Below, in pieces: positions 1 through 9,163 of a DNA stretch of 43,334 bases. A program made the translations under genes and the position numbers. The notes under the pieces were generated by a model. That model was not told the origin of the DNA, made no database searches, and saw only the letters and a list, made by a program, of their open reading frames with translations. Source of the stretch: a virus (Duplodnaviria; Caudoviricetes); the IMG/VR virus record IMGVR_UViG_3300027808_000052, positions 1 through 43,334 of that record; one strand, given 5' to 3'. How positions within the stretch are numbered: position 1 is the stretch's first letter; each line of letters starts with the position of its first letter.

Positions 1-2
1 AA

Positions 3-1577
3 GCAAAATTTTTTGATGTTTTGACGTATACGGGGACAGGAGTTAACAGAACTATTGCCCACAATCTCGGCTCAGTGCCGGGTTGCATTATGGTCAAGCG
101 AACAACTACGTATGGTTATGATTGGGCTGTTTATCATCGTAGCCTTGCCAACACACAGTATCTTGTTTTAAACAGTACAGCCGCCGCCGCTACAGGCGCA
201 ACATGGTGGAACTCTACAACCCCCACATCTTCAGTTTTTAGCCTTGGTACTAACGCAAACGTTAATGATTCTGGCGCAACATACGTTGCCTACCTATTCG
301 CCCATGACGCAGGAGGCTTTGGCCTGACTGAAACAGACAATGTTATTTCGTGTGGGTCGTTTACGGGTAACGGGACAACTCAAATTACAACTCTTGGTTA
401 TGAACCTCAATGGTTATTGTGGAAAAGAACTGATGCAAGTGGTAATTGGATATTGCCCGATACTATGCGCGGTTGGGATGTTACAGGTCTGCAAAATCAA
501 TTATATCCAAATACTTCAGGTGCTGAAAATGCGGCTGGCGGCACTTTAATTCCTGTTGCAACAGGCTTTCAACAGGCTTTAAATACAGCGGTTTCTCCTG
601 CCACTTACATCTACATAGCCATACGCCGTGGCCCGATGAAAGTGCCTACAGTTGGTACTAATGTTTTTAGTCCTGTTGCAAGAACAGGTACTGGAGCAAC
701 GGCAACGGTAACCTCAGGTTTCCCCGTATCTTCAGCATGGATTAGTTCTAGAACAAATACAGTTAGTCAAGGTTTTCAAGTCTATGACAGACTACGTGGC
801 GCAAATGCAAGATTAAGCCCTCCATATGCACAACAAGAATATTCTACGCCAACAAATGAATTAACGGGCTTTGATTCAAATACTTCTGTTACTTTGGGAG
901 CGTCAACGCCTGACAGACTTACAAACTTCAGCGGCGAAACTTATATTAATTATTTTTTCCAACGCGCCCCCGGCTTCTTTGATGAGGTTTGCTATACGGG
1001 AGGTTCACCCTACAACAGAGCGCATAACTTAACTGTAGTTCCAGAGTTGATGATTGTTAAATGTAGAGACACGGCATATAACTGGGCCGTCTATTCTTCT
1101 GCGCTTGGGAATACCAAATATTTAAGATTGTCTAGTACAATCGCGGCGCAAACAGACACCGACATTTGGAGTAGCACAACCCCAACAACTACAGCGTTTT
1201 ATGGTGGGCCTCAATCTGACACTTCAGGTGGCGGCGCTCTTTATGTTGCTTACCTCTTCGCAACCTGCGCTGGTGTTTCCAAAGTAGGCTCATACACAGG
1301 CACAGGCACAACACTACAAATTAACTGTGGCTTTACAGCAGGGGCGAGGTTTGTTCTCATCAAGCGTACAGACTCAACAGGTGATTGGTATGTGTGGGAC
1401 AGCGCAAGGGGAATTGTTGCTGGCAACGACCCTTACCTGCTCTTGAACAGCACAGCGGCTGAAGTCACGGGTACTGACTACGTTGACACCGCAAATTCGG
1501 GTTTTGAAATATCCTCATCAGCCCCCGCCGCCATCAACGCAAGTGCTGGTACATTCATCTTTCTCGCAATCGCTTAA
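3..1577 (+). CDS. Tail fibre / receptor-binding-type protein, 5'-truncated
   Basis: The frame is open from nt 3 (AKFFDVLTYTG). It has internal repeats FFD.V.YTG..AHNL..VP...VK.R...WAVY..L..T.YL.L.ST.A...YVAYLFA and lies directly upstream of a fibre-chaperone-like gene. Confidence 0.7.
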   Translation, partial: AKFFDVLTYTGTGVNRTIAHNLGSVPGCIMVKRTTTYGYDWAVYHRSLANTQYLVLNSTAAAATGATWWNSTTPTSSVFSLGTNANVNDSGATYVAYLFAHDAGGFGLTETDNVISCGSFTGNGTTQITTLGYEPQWLLWKRTDASGNWILPDTMRGWDVTGLQNQLYPNTSGAENAAGGTLIPVATGFQQALNTAVSPATYIYIAIRRGPMKVPTVGTNVFSPVARTGTGATATVTSGFPVSSAWISSRTNTVSQGFQVYDRLRGANARLSPPYAQQEYSTPTNELTGFDSNTSVTLGASTPDRLTNFSGETYINYFFQRAPGFFDEVCYTGGSPYNRAHNLTVVPELMIVKCRDTAYNWAVYSSALGNTKYLRLSSTIAAQTDTDIWSSTTPTTTAFYGGPQSDTSGGGALYVAYLFATCAGVSKVGSYTGTGTTLQINCGFTAGARFVLIKRTDSTGDWYVWDSARGIVAGNDPYLLLNSTAAEVTGTDYVDTANSGFEISSSAPAAINASAGTFIFLAIA

Positions 1578-1589
1578 TAGGAGCAAATC

Positions 1590-2099
1590 ATGGAAATTCG
1601 TTTACGCTCAACTGGTGAAGTCATGTATGAGAGCGAGTTCCGTACTCGCTTTGCTCAGAACTTGCCATCCAATCCACTGACACAAGAGTGGCTCAACACC
1701 TACGTCAGTGACCCCGCTGGCGACATTGTGTTTGAAGGCCCACAAGCCTCTGGCGGCACGGTCTATCAGTACAGCCAACGCTCTGGCGTGGAACAGATTG
1801 ATGGCAAGTGGTACACCAAGTACATCCTTGGCCCAGTGTTCACAGACTGCGCCGCATCAGAAGGCCAGCCTGCCCAGACAGCCGCCGAGCAGGAAACTGC
1901 TTACAAGGCAATGAAGGACGCAGAGCAAGCCAAGTCAGTACGTGCATCACGCACCCAACTGCTCAAGGACTGCGACTGGACACAGATTGCCGACAGCACC
2001 GCAGATAAAACTGCATGGGCTACCTACCGTACTGCCTTGCGTGACCTTCCAACTCAAGCAGGCTTTCCTTGGACAATGACTTGGCCTACTCAGCCCTAA
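1590..2099 (+). CDS. Tail fibre assembly chaperone-like protein
   Basis: C-terminal R.QLLKDCDWTQ..D...WATYR.ALRDLP.Q.GFP....WP.QP motif typical of phage tail assembly chaperones; AGGAG RBS upstream. Confidence 0.75.
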   Translation: MEIRLRSTGEVMYESEFRTRFAQNLPSNPLTQEWLNTYVSDPAGDIVFEGPQASGGTVYQYSQRSGVEQIDGKWYTKYILGPVFTDCAASEGQPAQTAAEQETAYKAMKDAEQAKSVRASRTQLLKDCDWTQIADSTADKTAWATYRTALRDLPTQAGFPWTMTWPTQP

Positions 2100-2103
2100 A
2101 AAA

Positions 2104-2241
2104 ATGAACATATCTTTACCAATTGAATTAGCAAACCAAGTCCTTGGTTACCTTGGCACGCGCCCCTATCAAGAGGTGTTTCATTTGATTCAAGCCATTC
2201 AAGAGGCGGCAAAGCCTCAAGAAGAGCCGAAAGACGAATGA
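2104..2241 (+). CDS. Small hypothetical protein (45 aa, MNISLPIELANQVLGYLGTRPYQEV...), absent from the ORF track
   Basis: Translated by hand; fills the gap between the 2099 stop and the 2243 start. Confidence 0.7.
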   Translation: MNISLPIELANQVLGYLGTRPYQEVFHLIQAIQEAAKPQEEPKDE

Positions 2242-2242
2242 G

Positions 2243-2458
2243 ATGGCCGATGTGGAAGAACTTGCTACGGAAACGGATAAGCGATTGAGCATTCACGAAG
2301 CAATCTGCGCCCAACGGTACGAGGTTATTCAACAGCGTTTTGACGATGGCTCAAAGCGCATGACAAAGATTGAGTACCTCTTGTATGGCGTGATTGTTTG
2401 CGTGCTGTTTGGCCCCGGCGTGGCTGGTGAACTCATTAAGAAGGTGCTTGGCTTATGA
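2243..2458 (+). CDS. Small coiled-coil protein with C-terminal TM segment (lysis region)
   Basis: HEAICAQRYE coiled coil then hydrophobic YLLYGVIVCVLFGPG; ATGA-coupled to the next gene. Confidence 0.6.
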   Translation: MADVEELATETDKRLSIHEAICAQRYEVIQQRFDDGSKRMTKIEYLLYGVIVCVLFGPGVAGELIKKVLGL

Positions 2459-2724
2459 ATTGGGCAGATGTTCTCAAGGCGGTCATACCCATCATCGTGG
2501 CGTCCCTTGCTTGGCTTTTGGGTCAGGTCAATGACTTCTCCACTCGGCTGACACGAATTGAGGGCGCTATGCCTGCATTGATAACCAAAGAGGGCGTTCC
2601 CACAGACAGCCCAATTTCTGCGGAAAAAAGAGCCGTTATGAAAGAAAACTTGATGCAACACATCAACGAGTTGCAAGTCAAAGTCAGGTTGCTTGAAGAA
2701 CGAGAAAAGATGGTGAAAAAATGA
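2455..2724 (+). CDS. Membrane-anchored hypothetical protein (lysis region)
   Basis: N-terminal TM segment AVIPIIVASLAWLL; ATGA overlaps at both ends. Confidence 0.6.
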   Translation: MNWADVLKAVIPIIVASLAWLLGQVNDFSTRLTRIEGAMPALITKEGVPTDSPISAEKRAVMKENLMQHINELQVKVRLLEEREKMVKK

Positions 2725-3239
2725 TTCCAATAGTTGCATCACTCCTCGGTACATTGGCTCAGAACGGTCTGGGCCTTTTGTCTTCTGCAATCCAAGCAAA
2801 GGGCAAGCAAGTCGTTGAAGACGCCCTTGGCGTAAAGATTTCCGACAACCCGTCTGACGCTGAAGTTTCTAAATTGCGTCAACTGCAATATGACCACGAA
2901 GAGCGCCTGCTTGAGTTGGGCATTGAAAAGGCTCGTATTGAGCAAGAAGAGTTGACGGCGTTGCTCAGAGCGCAAGCCAACCAAGAGGACAACGTCAGCA
3001 AGCGTTGGCAGGCCGATATGTCCTCTGACTCGTGGTTGTCAAAGAATGTTCGCCCCGGCACTCTTGTGTACCTTCTGACCGCCTATTTAATATTTGCCCT
3101 GCTTGACGGCTATGGGTACAAGATAAGTGAATCCTACGTCAACCTGCTGGGCCAGTGGGGTATGCTGGTTATGACCGCCTACTTCGGTGGACGTACCGTT
3201 GAGAAGGTCATGGAAATGCGCAGAAAGGACAAAGAATGA
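2721..3239 (+). CDS. Holin (GTA 3TM-holin-like)
   Basis: SDSWLSKNVRP, two TM segments and YFGGRT.EK signature; directly upstream of the endolysin. Confidence 0.75.
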   Translation: MIPIVASLLGTLAQNGLGLLSSAIQAKGKQVVEDALGVKISDNPSDAEVSKLRQLQYDHEERLLELGIEKARIEQEELTALLRAQANQEDNVSKRWQADMSSDSWLSKNVRPGTLVYLLTAYLIFALLDGYGYKISESYVNLLGQWGMLVMTAYFGGRTVEKVMEMRRKDKE

Positions 3240-3577
3240 GCCTTAGTGACGAACAAGCCGCGTTTCTTTTAGACGCTTGCGCACTCATCAAATACGCTAC
3301 AGAACAGGGTTTTAAGGTTACAGGTGGGGAATTGGCGCGCACACCTGAACAGCAAGCAATCTACGTCAAGACAGGGCGCTCTAAGACCCTTAACTCTATC
3401 CACCTCAAACGCTGTGCCATTGACTTGAATTTCTTCAAGGAAGGGCAGATAATCTGGGACAAGGGCATCCTTGCTCCTTTGGGTACATATTGGGAGACTT
3501 TGAACCCAAAAAACCGTTGGGGAGGCAATTTCAAGTCGCTGGTGGATTGCCCGCACTTTGAGCGCAATGTCGGATAA
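3236..3577 (+). CDS. Endolysin, peptidase M15 (L-Ala-D-Glu peptidase-like)
   Basis: RT.EQQ, S.H....AIDL, WGG.F and D.PHFE zinc-peptidase motifs. Confidence 0.85.
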   Translation: MSLSDEQAAFLLDACALIKYATEQGFKVTGGELARTPEQQAIYVKTGRSKTLNSIHLKRCAIDLNFFKEGQIIWDKGILAPLGTYWETLNPKNRWGGNFKSLVDCPHFERNVG

Positions 3578-3586
3578 GGAGAACAA

Positions 3587-4222
3587 ATGACGACCGCATC
3601 GGTAATGACTTACGACTCCTTGGTCGAAAACATCCAGTCCTATCTGGAGCGAACCGACGCCGCTACGCTCGATAAAATTCCTCTTTTTATTATGCTGGCC
3701 GAACAGATCATCGCCAGCCAGATCAAGTTTTTGGGTAACCTGACAGTCAACACCAGCACGATGACGGCCACTCAGGCGGTCATTGACAAGCCTGCGCGTT
3801 GGCACAAAACCGTTTCAATGAATGTTGTGGTGGCTGGTAGTCGCCAGCCTGTCCTGCTTCGCAAGTACGAGTACCTGCGTGAGTATTGGCCTGATGCCAC
3901 AGAGACAGGCGTTCCTGCCTATTACGGCGATTACGACTACACACACTGGCTGGTGGTGCCTACACCAGCCCTCAATTACACCTTTGAGGTGTTGTACTAC
4001 GAGCGGATTCAACCGCTTGACTCTTCCAACCAAACAAACTGGTTTACCATTTACGCTCCGCAAGCGTTGCTGTATGGGTCTTTGTTGCAGTGTATGCCGT
4101 TCCTCAAGAACGACGACCGTATGCCTATGTGGCAGGCAAACTATGACCAGATCATGCAGACGCTTAAAACGGAAGATGTTCAGCGTATTGGTGACCGACA
4201 AGCCGCAGTATTGGATACCTGA
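3587..4222 (+). CDS. Head-tail adaptor / tail tubular protein A-like
   Basis: TYDSL..NIQSYLER.D...IP.FI.LAE and NW....APQALLYGSL patterns, about 210 aa, first gene of the tail block; AAGGAG RBS. Confidence 0.65.
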   Translation: MTTASVMTYDSLVENIQSYLERTDAATLDKIPLFIMLAEQIIASQIKFLGNLTVNTSTMTATQAVIDKPARWHKTVSMNVVVAGSRQPVLLRKYEYLREYWPDATETGVPAYYGDYDYTHWLVVPTPALNYTFEVLYYERIQPLDSSNQTNWFTIYAPQALLYGSLLQCMPFLKNDDRMPMWQANYDQIMQTLKTEDVQRIGDRQAAVLDT

Positions 4223-4224
4223 TC

Positions 4225-5454
4225 ATGTCATTCAATAGTCCCTTCACTGGCAACGTCATCCAACCAACTGACGTATCGTATAGCCGAATCACGCTGACGA
4301 CCGACTTGCAACTAACTTGGCCCATCAATGGGTCGGCTACTGATGACGCCGCCGCTCGTATCATGGAGGTGTCTACCGCCTCTAGCGCCAACGAGTTGTG
4401 GATGCCGCCAGCCAATCAATGCTCTGTTGGTCAAGACGCTCTAATCCGAAATGTGGGCGCTGTCAGTTTGTTGGTAAAGGACTACTCAGGGGCAAACACA
4501 ATTGTTACGGTTGCCGCTGGCGAGGCGCAGTACATCTATGTCACCACCAACGCAACCACAGCAGGCACATGGGGCATCATTGCCTATGGTATTGGCTCCT
4601 CTGGTGCTGATGCCGCCACCCTTGCTGGGTACGGTTTACTTGCAATCGGTCAGACGCTTAACCAGAGCCAGCCAGTCACAACTTTTTCCTCTGACTACAC
4701 CGCACTGGCAACAGACCGTTCAAGCACTTATGTGTGGACTGGTGGCGCCGGAACCCTGACGCTTACCCTTGCGTCTACGCTTGCCGACAACTGGTTTATG
4801 TTTGTTCGCAACAGTGGAACTGGCGCTTTGACGGTGGCTGGCAGTGGTGGCAACACAATCAATGCCTCGGCTTCGATCATCCTTCAGCCAACTGACTCTG
4901 CAATCATTGTGTGTAGTGGCACCACCTTCTATACGGTGGGCCTTGGAAAATCGACGCAGTTCAACTTTACTCAGTTGACCAAAGCAGTGACTTCTGGAAC
5001 TACCACCTTGACGGCTTCTGAGGCGTCCAACGTGATCCAGAAGTACACGGGCGCTTTGACAGGCAATGTGACCATCGTTGTACCTCCTACAGTTCAGGTG
5101 TACTACATTGTCAATGCAACAACTGGTGCATACACACTGACAATCTCAACTGGTGCGGGCGCTACAGCCGTTTTGACCGCAGGCTCTCAAGCAACACTTG
5201 TTTGCGACTCGGTTAATTTGTTTAACGCCAATACGGTTTTGGCGGGTTCATCAAGCATCAGTTTGAACAACGGCGCTGTAGGCTCTCCATCGCTAAACTT
5301 TGCAACAGAGACAACGACGGGTGTGTATCACGCCGCCGCTGGCGAATTTAACATTGCGATCCTTGGCGTGCTGAGATCAACATTGTCAGCCACTGGTCTT
5401 GCAATTGTGGGCACGGGTAACTTTACGGGTGGTATTTCTGGCGGGACTTACTGA
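4225..5454 (+). CDS. Tail structural protein (Thr/Gly/Ala-rich, beta-rich)
   Basis: Composition and position between adaptor and nozzle. Confidence 0.6.
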   Translation: MSFNSPFTGNVIQPTDVSYSRITLTTDLQLTWPINGSATDDAAARIMEVSTASSANELWMPPANQCSVGQDALIRNVGAVSLLVKDYSGANTIVTVAAGEAQYIYVTTNATTAGTWGIIAYGIGSSGADAATLAGYGLLAIGQTLNQSQPVTTFSSDYTALATDRSSTYVWTGGAGTLTLTLASTLADNWFMFVRNSGTGALTVAGSGGNTINASASIILQPTDSAIIVCSGTTFYTVGLGKSTQFNFTQLTKAVTSGTTTLTASEASNVIQKYTGALTGNVTIVVPPTVQVYYIVNATTGAYTLTISTGAGATAVLTAGSQATLVCDSVNLFNANTVLAGSSSISLNNGAVGSPSLNFATETTTGVYHAAAGEFNIAILGVLRSTLSATGLAIVGTGNFTGGISGGTY

Positions 5455-7514
5455 TGGTCAAGAAGGTTTTTGCCATCGATACGGCCCCCGGCGTTCAACG
5501 CGACGGCACCATATTCGACATGAATTTTTACACCGATGGCCGCTGGGTTCGTTTCCAGCGTGGCCGTCCTCGTAAGATCGGCGGCTTTCGGGCCATCACC
5601 CAAGAAACGCATGGCTACTCTCGCGGCATCTATGTCAACTCTGTTGACGGCGTCAACCAAGTATTCAACGGCTACAACAATGGCCTTGAGGTCATCAACA
5701 TTGACAACACTGGTATTGGTGCTGGCGTCAACCAGTTCACCTTTACGGGCTTGGTGTTGACCCTTGGCACCTTGGTGGGCGGTACGCTGTACACCAACGG
5801 CACCTACACGAATGTGACCCTGACTGGTGGCTCTGGCTCTGGCGCAAAGGCCACCATTGTGGTGGCTGGCGCAACGGTGACCACGGTGACTCTGACCACC
5901 CCCGGCAACGGGTATGTGGTCGGTAACACTTTGAGCGCCACTGCGGCCACCATTGGCGGTACTGGTAGTGGTTTCTCAATCAAGGTCGCAACAATCAATG
6001 ACGGGTTTGTAGAGAGCGATTTAAACCTGTGGCAATTTGACTCTTCGTTTGATTCGCAAGGTTCGGGCAATCAGTTGCTGTTGGCGCACCCCGGTCAGAA
6101 CTTAGCCCAGATTGACCAAACAACCGTGACTCCTGTTTTGGCTGGCAACATTGCTGGCACCGTCATGTCGCCGCTTACGGATACCTCTGGCACAGCGCCG
6201 ACAGGCGACATCATTGAAGTTGCTGGTGGTGTGGTTGTTTTACATCCGTATATTTTTGTTTATGGCGACAACGGCCTGATTAAGAATTGCGTTGCTGGCG
6301 ATCCATTTGATTGGAACGGGCCAGACTCCAACGAGACCAACGTAGCCTCTACAAAGATTGTCAAAGGCTTGCCAGTGCGAGGTGGCTCTAACGCGCCATC
6401 TGGCCTGTTCTGGGCGCTTGATTCGCTGATCCGCGTGTCCTACACCCCAACCACCATTACGGTTGCTTCAGTCCCCCAGACCTTCTTCTGGCGGTATGAC
6501 ATTATCTCTAGTCAGTCTTCTATCCTTTCGTCGCAGTGCGTGATTGAATATGACGGCATTTTTTATTGGGTTGGCGTTGACCGTTTCCTGTTGTACAACG
6601 GCGTGGTCAAGGAACTTAAAAACAACTTCAACCAGAACTACTTTTTTGACAACCTGAACTACGAGCAGAGCCAAAAGGTGTATGCGCAAAAGGTTCCTCG
6701 GTTTGGTGAGATTTGGTGGTTCTTTCCTTCTGGTACTTCGGAAGAGTGCAACGACTGCATCATCTACAACACCCGCGAAGACTGCTGGTATGACGCAGGT
6801 ACAGCCATTGGCGCACGGCGTTCTGCGGGTTACTTTTCTCAGGTGTTTCGCTTTCCCATCAACGCTGGCAACGAACTGACAACGCAAGAGTTGGTGTTTA
6901 CATCAACAATCACCACAAGCACAACGACCAGTATTGAGGTGGCAATCACCAACCAGATTGCCGTTGGTCAGTTGGTGACCGCCACTGGAATTCCTGCCAA
7001 CACATTGATCACAGCAATTGCTCCAAGCGCAACGGTTGGTTTTTTTACTGTGACGCTTTCCAACGCCGCTACAGCGTCTGCAACCGTGTCTGCTGACTTC
7101 AGCACAACGGCTGGCCGCATCACCTTGTGGCAACACGAGATAGGCACCGATGAGGTTGTTGGCGAGAATTCCAACGCCATTGAAAGTTACTTCACAACCT
7201 CAGACCTTGGTTGGGTGCAGGGCGGGCCGTCGCAAACTTTGCCTGTTGGAGATAACTTTTGGTTGCACTTGGAGCGGATAGAGCCTGACTTCGTTCAGTC
7301 TGGTGAGATGACCTTCCAAGTGACTGGCCGTCCTTTTGCGCAGGCGGAGGACACAACCTCTGCCCCCTATCCATTTGACCCAGACACACGCAAGATTGAC
7401 CTGCGTGAACAGCGCCGAGAAATCCGATTGATCTTCACAAGCAATGTTGCTGGGGGTGACTATCAATTGGGAAAAGTTCTTCTCCATGCAAGCGTTGGCG
7501 ATGTAAGGCCATAA
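5454..7514 (+). CDS. Tail nozzle / tubular protein B (P22 gp10 or T7 gp12 positional equivalent)
   Basis: PGVQRDGT...DG.WVRF..GRPRKIGG N-terminus, F.EIWWFFP...E....IIYN..E..WY propeller-type motifs, size and position. Confidence 0.7.
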   Translation: MVKKVFAIDTAPGVQRDGTIFDMNFYTDGRWVRFQRGRPRKIGGFRAITQETHGYSRGIYVNSVDGVNQVFNGYNNGLEVINIDNTGIGAGVNQFTFTGLVLTLGTLVGGTLYTNGTYTNVTLTGGSGSGAKATIVVAGATVTTVTLTTPGNGYVVGNTLSATAATIGGTGSGFSIKVATINDGFVESDLNLWQFDSSFDSQGSGNQLLLAHPGQNLAQIDQTTVTPVLAGNIAGTVMSPLTDTSGTAPTGDIIEVAGGVVVLHPYIFVYGDNGLIKNCVAGDPFDWNGPDSNETNVASTKIVKGLPVRGGSNAPSGLFWALDSLIRVSYTPTTITVASVPQTFFWRYDIISSQSSILSSQCVIEYDGIFYWVGVDRFLLYNGVVKELKNNFNQNYFFDNLNYEQSQKVYAQKVPRFGEIWWFFPSGTSEECNDCIIYNTREDCWYDAGTAIGARRSAGYFSQVFRFPINAGNELTTQELVFTSTITTSTTTSIEVAITNQIAVGQLVTATGIPANTLITAIAPSATVGFFTVTLSNAATASATVSADFSTTAGRITLWQHEIGTDEVVGENSNAIESYFTTSDLGWVQGGPSQTLPVGDNFWLHLERIEPDFVQSGEMTFQVTGRPFAQAEDTTSAPYPFDPDTRKIDLREQRREIRLIFTSNVAGGDYQLGKVLLHASVGDVRP

Positions 7515-7515
7515 A

Positions 7516-7776
7516 ATGGCACTGGCTGTTGTCTACGATCCTCGGTTTCACACCTTTGAGTCGTGGGCATCGCTGATGTGCGAGGCGTATGCGGGTCAAC
7601 AGTTGGTGATCCCAAACTCTCAAACTGACTGGAAACAATGGGCGGCTGGGTTAAAAGCAATTGATGTGTTTATGAATGAGGGCATCCCCGGCCCCTATAT
7701 CTATAACAACTGGTGGGAATGGGCGTCGGCTTTAGTCGGCGCAATAAACCAACCGACAGAAGGCGCAGATCAATGA
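7516..7776 (+). CDS. Trp-rich hypothetical protein (86 aa)
   Basis: Starts 1 nt after the nozzle stop and is ATGA-coupled to the ACP; three [FW]xxWAxx[LM] repeats. Confidence 0.7.
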   Translation: MALAVVYDPRFHTFESWASLMCEAYAGQQLVIPNSQTDWKQWAAGLKAIDVFMNEGIPGPYIYNNWWEWASALVGAINQPTEGADQ

Positions 7777-8057
7777 TAGAGTTCATCCCGATTTTTAACC
7801 ATGTTGCAAGGGTCGCTCGACCCGCTCACACCAAAGTTGCCATTGCAGAGTCAATGGAAGAAGCCTTTCAAGACCTTGGCTTGGACAGCCTTGACGGCTT
7901 GGTGATGCTCATGTACTTCGATGATATCTATGGGATTGACGACGCGGTCAGCAAGGAGTGGCACCCCACCACCGTGCTGGAGTTGCACGACCTTGTGATG
8001 GCAAATAAAACCAAAGAGCCTGCCTCAATGGAAGAAGTTGTCGAGGCGTGCAAATGA
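7773..8057 (+). CDS. Acyl carrier protein-like (94 aa)
   Basis: Small acidic protein with DLGLDSLD phosphopantetheine-attachment motif (Ser39) and a later TTV.EL.D helix motif. Start placed at the ATGA overlap at 7773 rather than 7713. Confidence 0.85.
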   Translation: MIEFIPIFNHVARVARPAHTKVAIAESMEEAFQDLGLDSLDGLVMLMYFDDIYGIDDAVSKEWHPTTVLELHDLVMANKTKEPASMEEVVEACK

Positions 8058-9163
8058 TCTATCTTACGCACTACCGCACCGCTTCTACAACCGATGTCGA
8101 GTTGTTTGACGACATTGTCTATCCCCAGAAGGCGCATTGGTTTCCAGACACCTACCACCGCGCCAAGTCTGGCTTGGTCTATCCTCCGCATAAACTTGCG
8201 GAGAAGGTGCTTGACCCTGAGTTGCTTGGCTACCTGCGCGAGAACCCTGTGGGCAAGACGGCGTTCATTCTTGCTGGTGGAAACGCACACTTTGCTGGCC
8301 TGAATCAACGAACCTATGACACTCGGCTGTCCTACACCTACAAGTTCCTGCCATTCACCCTGACGCAAGTCTACGCTGGCAGGATTGCCCAATCCTGCGG
8401 TGACATGGACATGGTGACCACCGACGCCTCTGCCTGCGCCTCCAGCCTCAAGGTGATGATGGATGTCCAAAACCTTATACAGTTTTACAACTTTGACCGT
8501 GTAATTGTGTTGACAGTTGAGGACGGCGTATCAAACGCCGTGCTGGAGTTCTTTGGTGACTCCAAGGCGGTACTTACCCAAAAACAAGAGGACGCAGGCA
8601 TAAAGCCATCCGCTTTTGACTCGGTTAACAGCGGGTTTAGGGTTGGTCAGGGCGCGGCATTTGCGGTGTTTGAGTCTAAGAACGCGGTTAACCAGCAACA
8701 TATCAAGCCCCATGCTCGACTGGTTGGTGCCTACAACGCGTCAGAACGCTCTACAAACGCAATTGGGCAGTGCGAGGATGGTGAGGGCTTTATCAGGGCA
8801 ATAGAGGGTGTATTGCACTATTCCCAAACAACGTCAGATCAGATTAAAATCGTCAAGACCCACGGAACTGGAACTGCGTCCAACAACAAGGCTGAAAAGA
8901 ACGCCTTGACCCAAACGCTACAAGACTTCATTGCAACCTCGTATAAGCAAAAGATTGGTCATACGATGGGAAGCAGTGGACTGCTTGAAACTTTATTGTT
9001 GTTGGGCGACATCAAGTCAGGATTTGTGCCAGCGATTGAGAACCGAACGGAAAGCGATTCGGTATTCCTTTCGGAATCGACAAGTCCCCCTGATGGTTTA
9101 ATAATGAGTCTGGCGGCTGGGATGGGCAACATCTATTCCGCCGCAATATTTAAGGGGATGTGA
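8054..9163 (+). CDS. Beta-ketoacyl-ACP synthase-like protein (FabF/FabB-type thiolase fold, 369 aa)
   Basis: Catalytic motifs intact: SACASS (Cys128), KTHGTGT (His270), KQKIGHTMGSSG (Lys298/His303); also SAFD...GF..GQGA and a C-terminal AGMGN. Confidence 0.9.
   Translation: MIYLTHYRTASTTDVELFDDIVYPQKAHWFPDTYHRAKSGLVYPPHKLAEKVLDPELLGYLRENPVGKTAFILAGGNAHFAGLNQRTYDTRLSYTYKFLPFTLTQVYAGRIAQSCGDMDMVTTDASACASSLKVMMDVQNLIQFYNFDRVIVLTVEDGVSNAVLEFFGDSKAVLTQKQEDAGIKPSAFDSVNSGFRVGQGAAFAVFESKNAVNQQHIKPHARLVGAYNASERSTNAIGQCEDGEGFIRAIEGVLHYSQTTSDQIKIVKTHGTGTASNNKAEKNALTQTLQDFIATSYKQKIGHTMGSSGLLETLLLLGDIKSGFVPAIENRTESDSVFLSESTSPPDGLIMSLAAGMGNIYSAAIFKGM

Noticed and set aside
3-1577. Tail-fibre internal repeats as a diversity-generating retroelement or invertible segment
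   Set aside because: The repeats are diverged at protein level, there is no near-identical template with adenine-specific differences, and no reverse transcriptase or invertase is in the window.
7713-7772. N-terminal extension of the ACP in the ORF track
   Set aside because: It overlaps the upstream gene by about 60 nt; the ATGA overlap at 7773 gives a normal ACP length and Ser position.
7773-9163. ACP/KAS as host chromosomal DNA or a type II polyketide cluster
   Set aside because: The genes are joined to phage tail genes by start-stop overlaps, and there is no chain-length factor, cyclase, reductase or other fab gene nearby.
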